Below are positions 63,304 through 64,000 of a stretch of 64,000 nt of DNA, one piece after another. This DNA is from an uncultured Acidimicrobiia bacterium (lineage in GTDB: Bacteria > Actinomycetota > Acidimicrobiia > Acidimicrobiales > AC-14): positions 32,001 through 96,000 of the forward strand of contig CAWIIV010000012.1 of assembly GCA_963836205.1 (NCBI GenBank), written 5' to 3'. The notes beneath the pieces were generated by a model that was given only the letters and a program-made list of their open reading frames with translations, did not search any database and was not told the origin of the DNA. Numbering within the stretch: the first letter of the stretch is position 1; every line of letters begins with the position of its first letter. The translations under genes were made by a program, and so were the position numbers.

Positions 63304-63875
63304 GCGCCGGCAGACGGTCGGGTCGGCCGTCGACGACCCTCAAGCGCGACGACTGGGGGCCCTGGCGGCCCCCGGTCGAAGACCGGCTCCTGGCCTGCGA
63401 GGACTTCCTGGGCCGGCTCCGACGCAGCTTCGACGGAGAGATCGCCCCCGACCGTCACTATTTCGATGAGAAGGCCCACGGGCTGCGCGACGCGGCCCAG
63501 GCTCTCGTGGAGCGGGTCGAGGATGTCGAGTGGTGGCTGGGGACCTGCCCCGAGGATGTCGTGCTGACGGATCGGGACCCGGACGGCCCGACGTCCGTCA
63601 CCGACTGTGGTCGGGCCGTGGGCCATGTCGGGACCCACCAGGACGCGGACCTCTGCGCTGAGCGCCGGGTCCTGGTCGAGGTTCGCAGCGTGGTCCACGC
63701 CTTGCGGCAGGCGACCGACGGGCTCGCCTGGGGCCTGCTCACGGTTCGGGCCGAGGCCGGTGTCACCGACGCCGAGACGCTGGCTGCTGGACTGCGGCCC
63801 CTACAGGGCAGGCTCGACAAGGCGGTGTCAGCCGTTGCTGCCCTCGCCCCCCCGAGCGACGGGGAGGATCGGTGA
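63300..63875 (+). CDS. Hypothetical protein
   Basis: GTGA overlap with ssb; C..HVG.H motif. Confidence 0.6.
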   Translation: MSAGRRSGRPSTTLKRDDWGPWRPPVEDRLLACEDFLGRLRRSFDGEIAPDRHYFDEKAHGLRDAAQALVERVEDVEWWLGTCPEDVVLTDRDPDGPTSVTDCGRAVGHVGTHQDADLCAERRVLVEVRSVVHALRQATDGLAWGLLTVRAEAGVTDAETLAAGLRPLQGRLDKAVSAVAALAPPSDGEDR

Positions 63876-64000
63876 CCGCCCGCAGCCCAGCGACCGAGCA
63901 CGGCCACCAGCCCGGGGTCGGCGGCGGCCCGCCTCACGAGGCCCTGAGCGCGGCGCTGGACTACGCGGCCAAAGGCTGGCGGGTGTTGCCGGTGGCGGGC
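63872..64000 (+). CDS. N-terminus of a bifunctional primase/polymerase (truncated by the window edge)
   Basis: In-frame ALSAALDYAAKGWRVLPVAG, the typical Prim-Pol start. Confidence 0.7.
   Translation, partial: MTARSPATEHGHQPGVGGGPPHEALSAALDYAAKGWRVLPVAG

Larger units (their letters stand above)
14798..64000. mobile_element. Conjugative element (MOBF + Gram-positive-type T4SS + Tad pilus); boundaries not resolved
   Basis: Relaxase, T4CP, VirB4, ssb, parB and Prim-Pol together; the ssb remnant at 8.6 kb suggests the element extends further left. Confidence 0.85.

Noticed and set aside
1-64000. tRNA, rRNA, integrase or att sites
   Set aside because: None recognised by eye, so ICE versus plasmid cannot be decided from this window

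Overview
This is a high-GC window, probably actinobacterial and Acidimicrobiia-like, and most of it looks like a large conjugative element (ICE or plasmid; no integrase or att site is visible). Core transfer parts: a MOBF/TrwC relaxase-helicase (28595-31821) preceded by a candidate oriT with an F-like nic sequence, and a Gram-positive-type T4SS (VirD4, VirB4, SCO6880-like, VirB6-like, pilin-like, lytic/CHAP enzyme; 53.7-62.1 kb). An adjacent Tad/Flp pilus operon (43.4-50.2 kb) has extra membrane and Lon-like genes, and ssb and primase-polymerase genes are also present. Left of oriT is a putative leading region (14.8-22.7 kb) of small + strand genes (ssb, ParB, ParA-like, two DUF2493/SLOG paralogs, unknowns). 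Most of these genes sit behind a long imperfect hairpin with a GTCAAGG/CCTTGAC core that also pairs with the gene's ribosome-binding site. These resemble single-stranded-DNA promoters and are the most interesting signal in the window. Cargo includes defence genes (TIR, DUF4062-TPR-KAP NTPase, BglII-like REase + MT-A70 + RAMA, McrBC), a membrane-anchored ExoVII-like nuclease with a minimal ligase next to the relaxase, and large secreted proteins. Many genes carry single frameshifts, most likely assembly indels. All family calls come from recognising motifs by eye, not from database searches.
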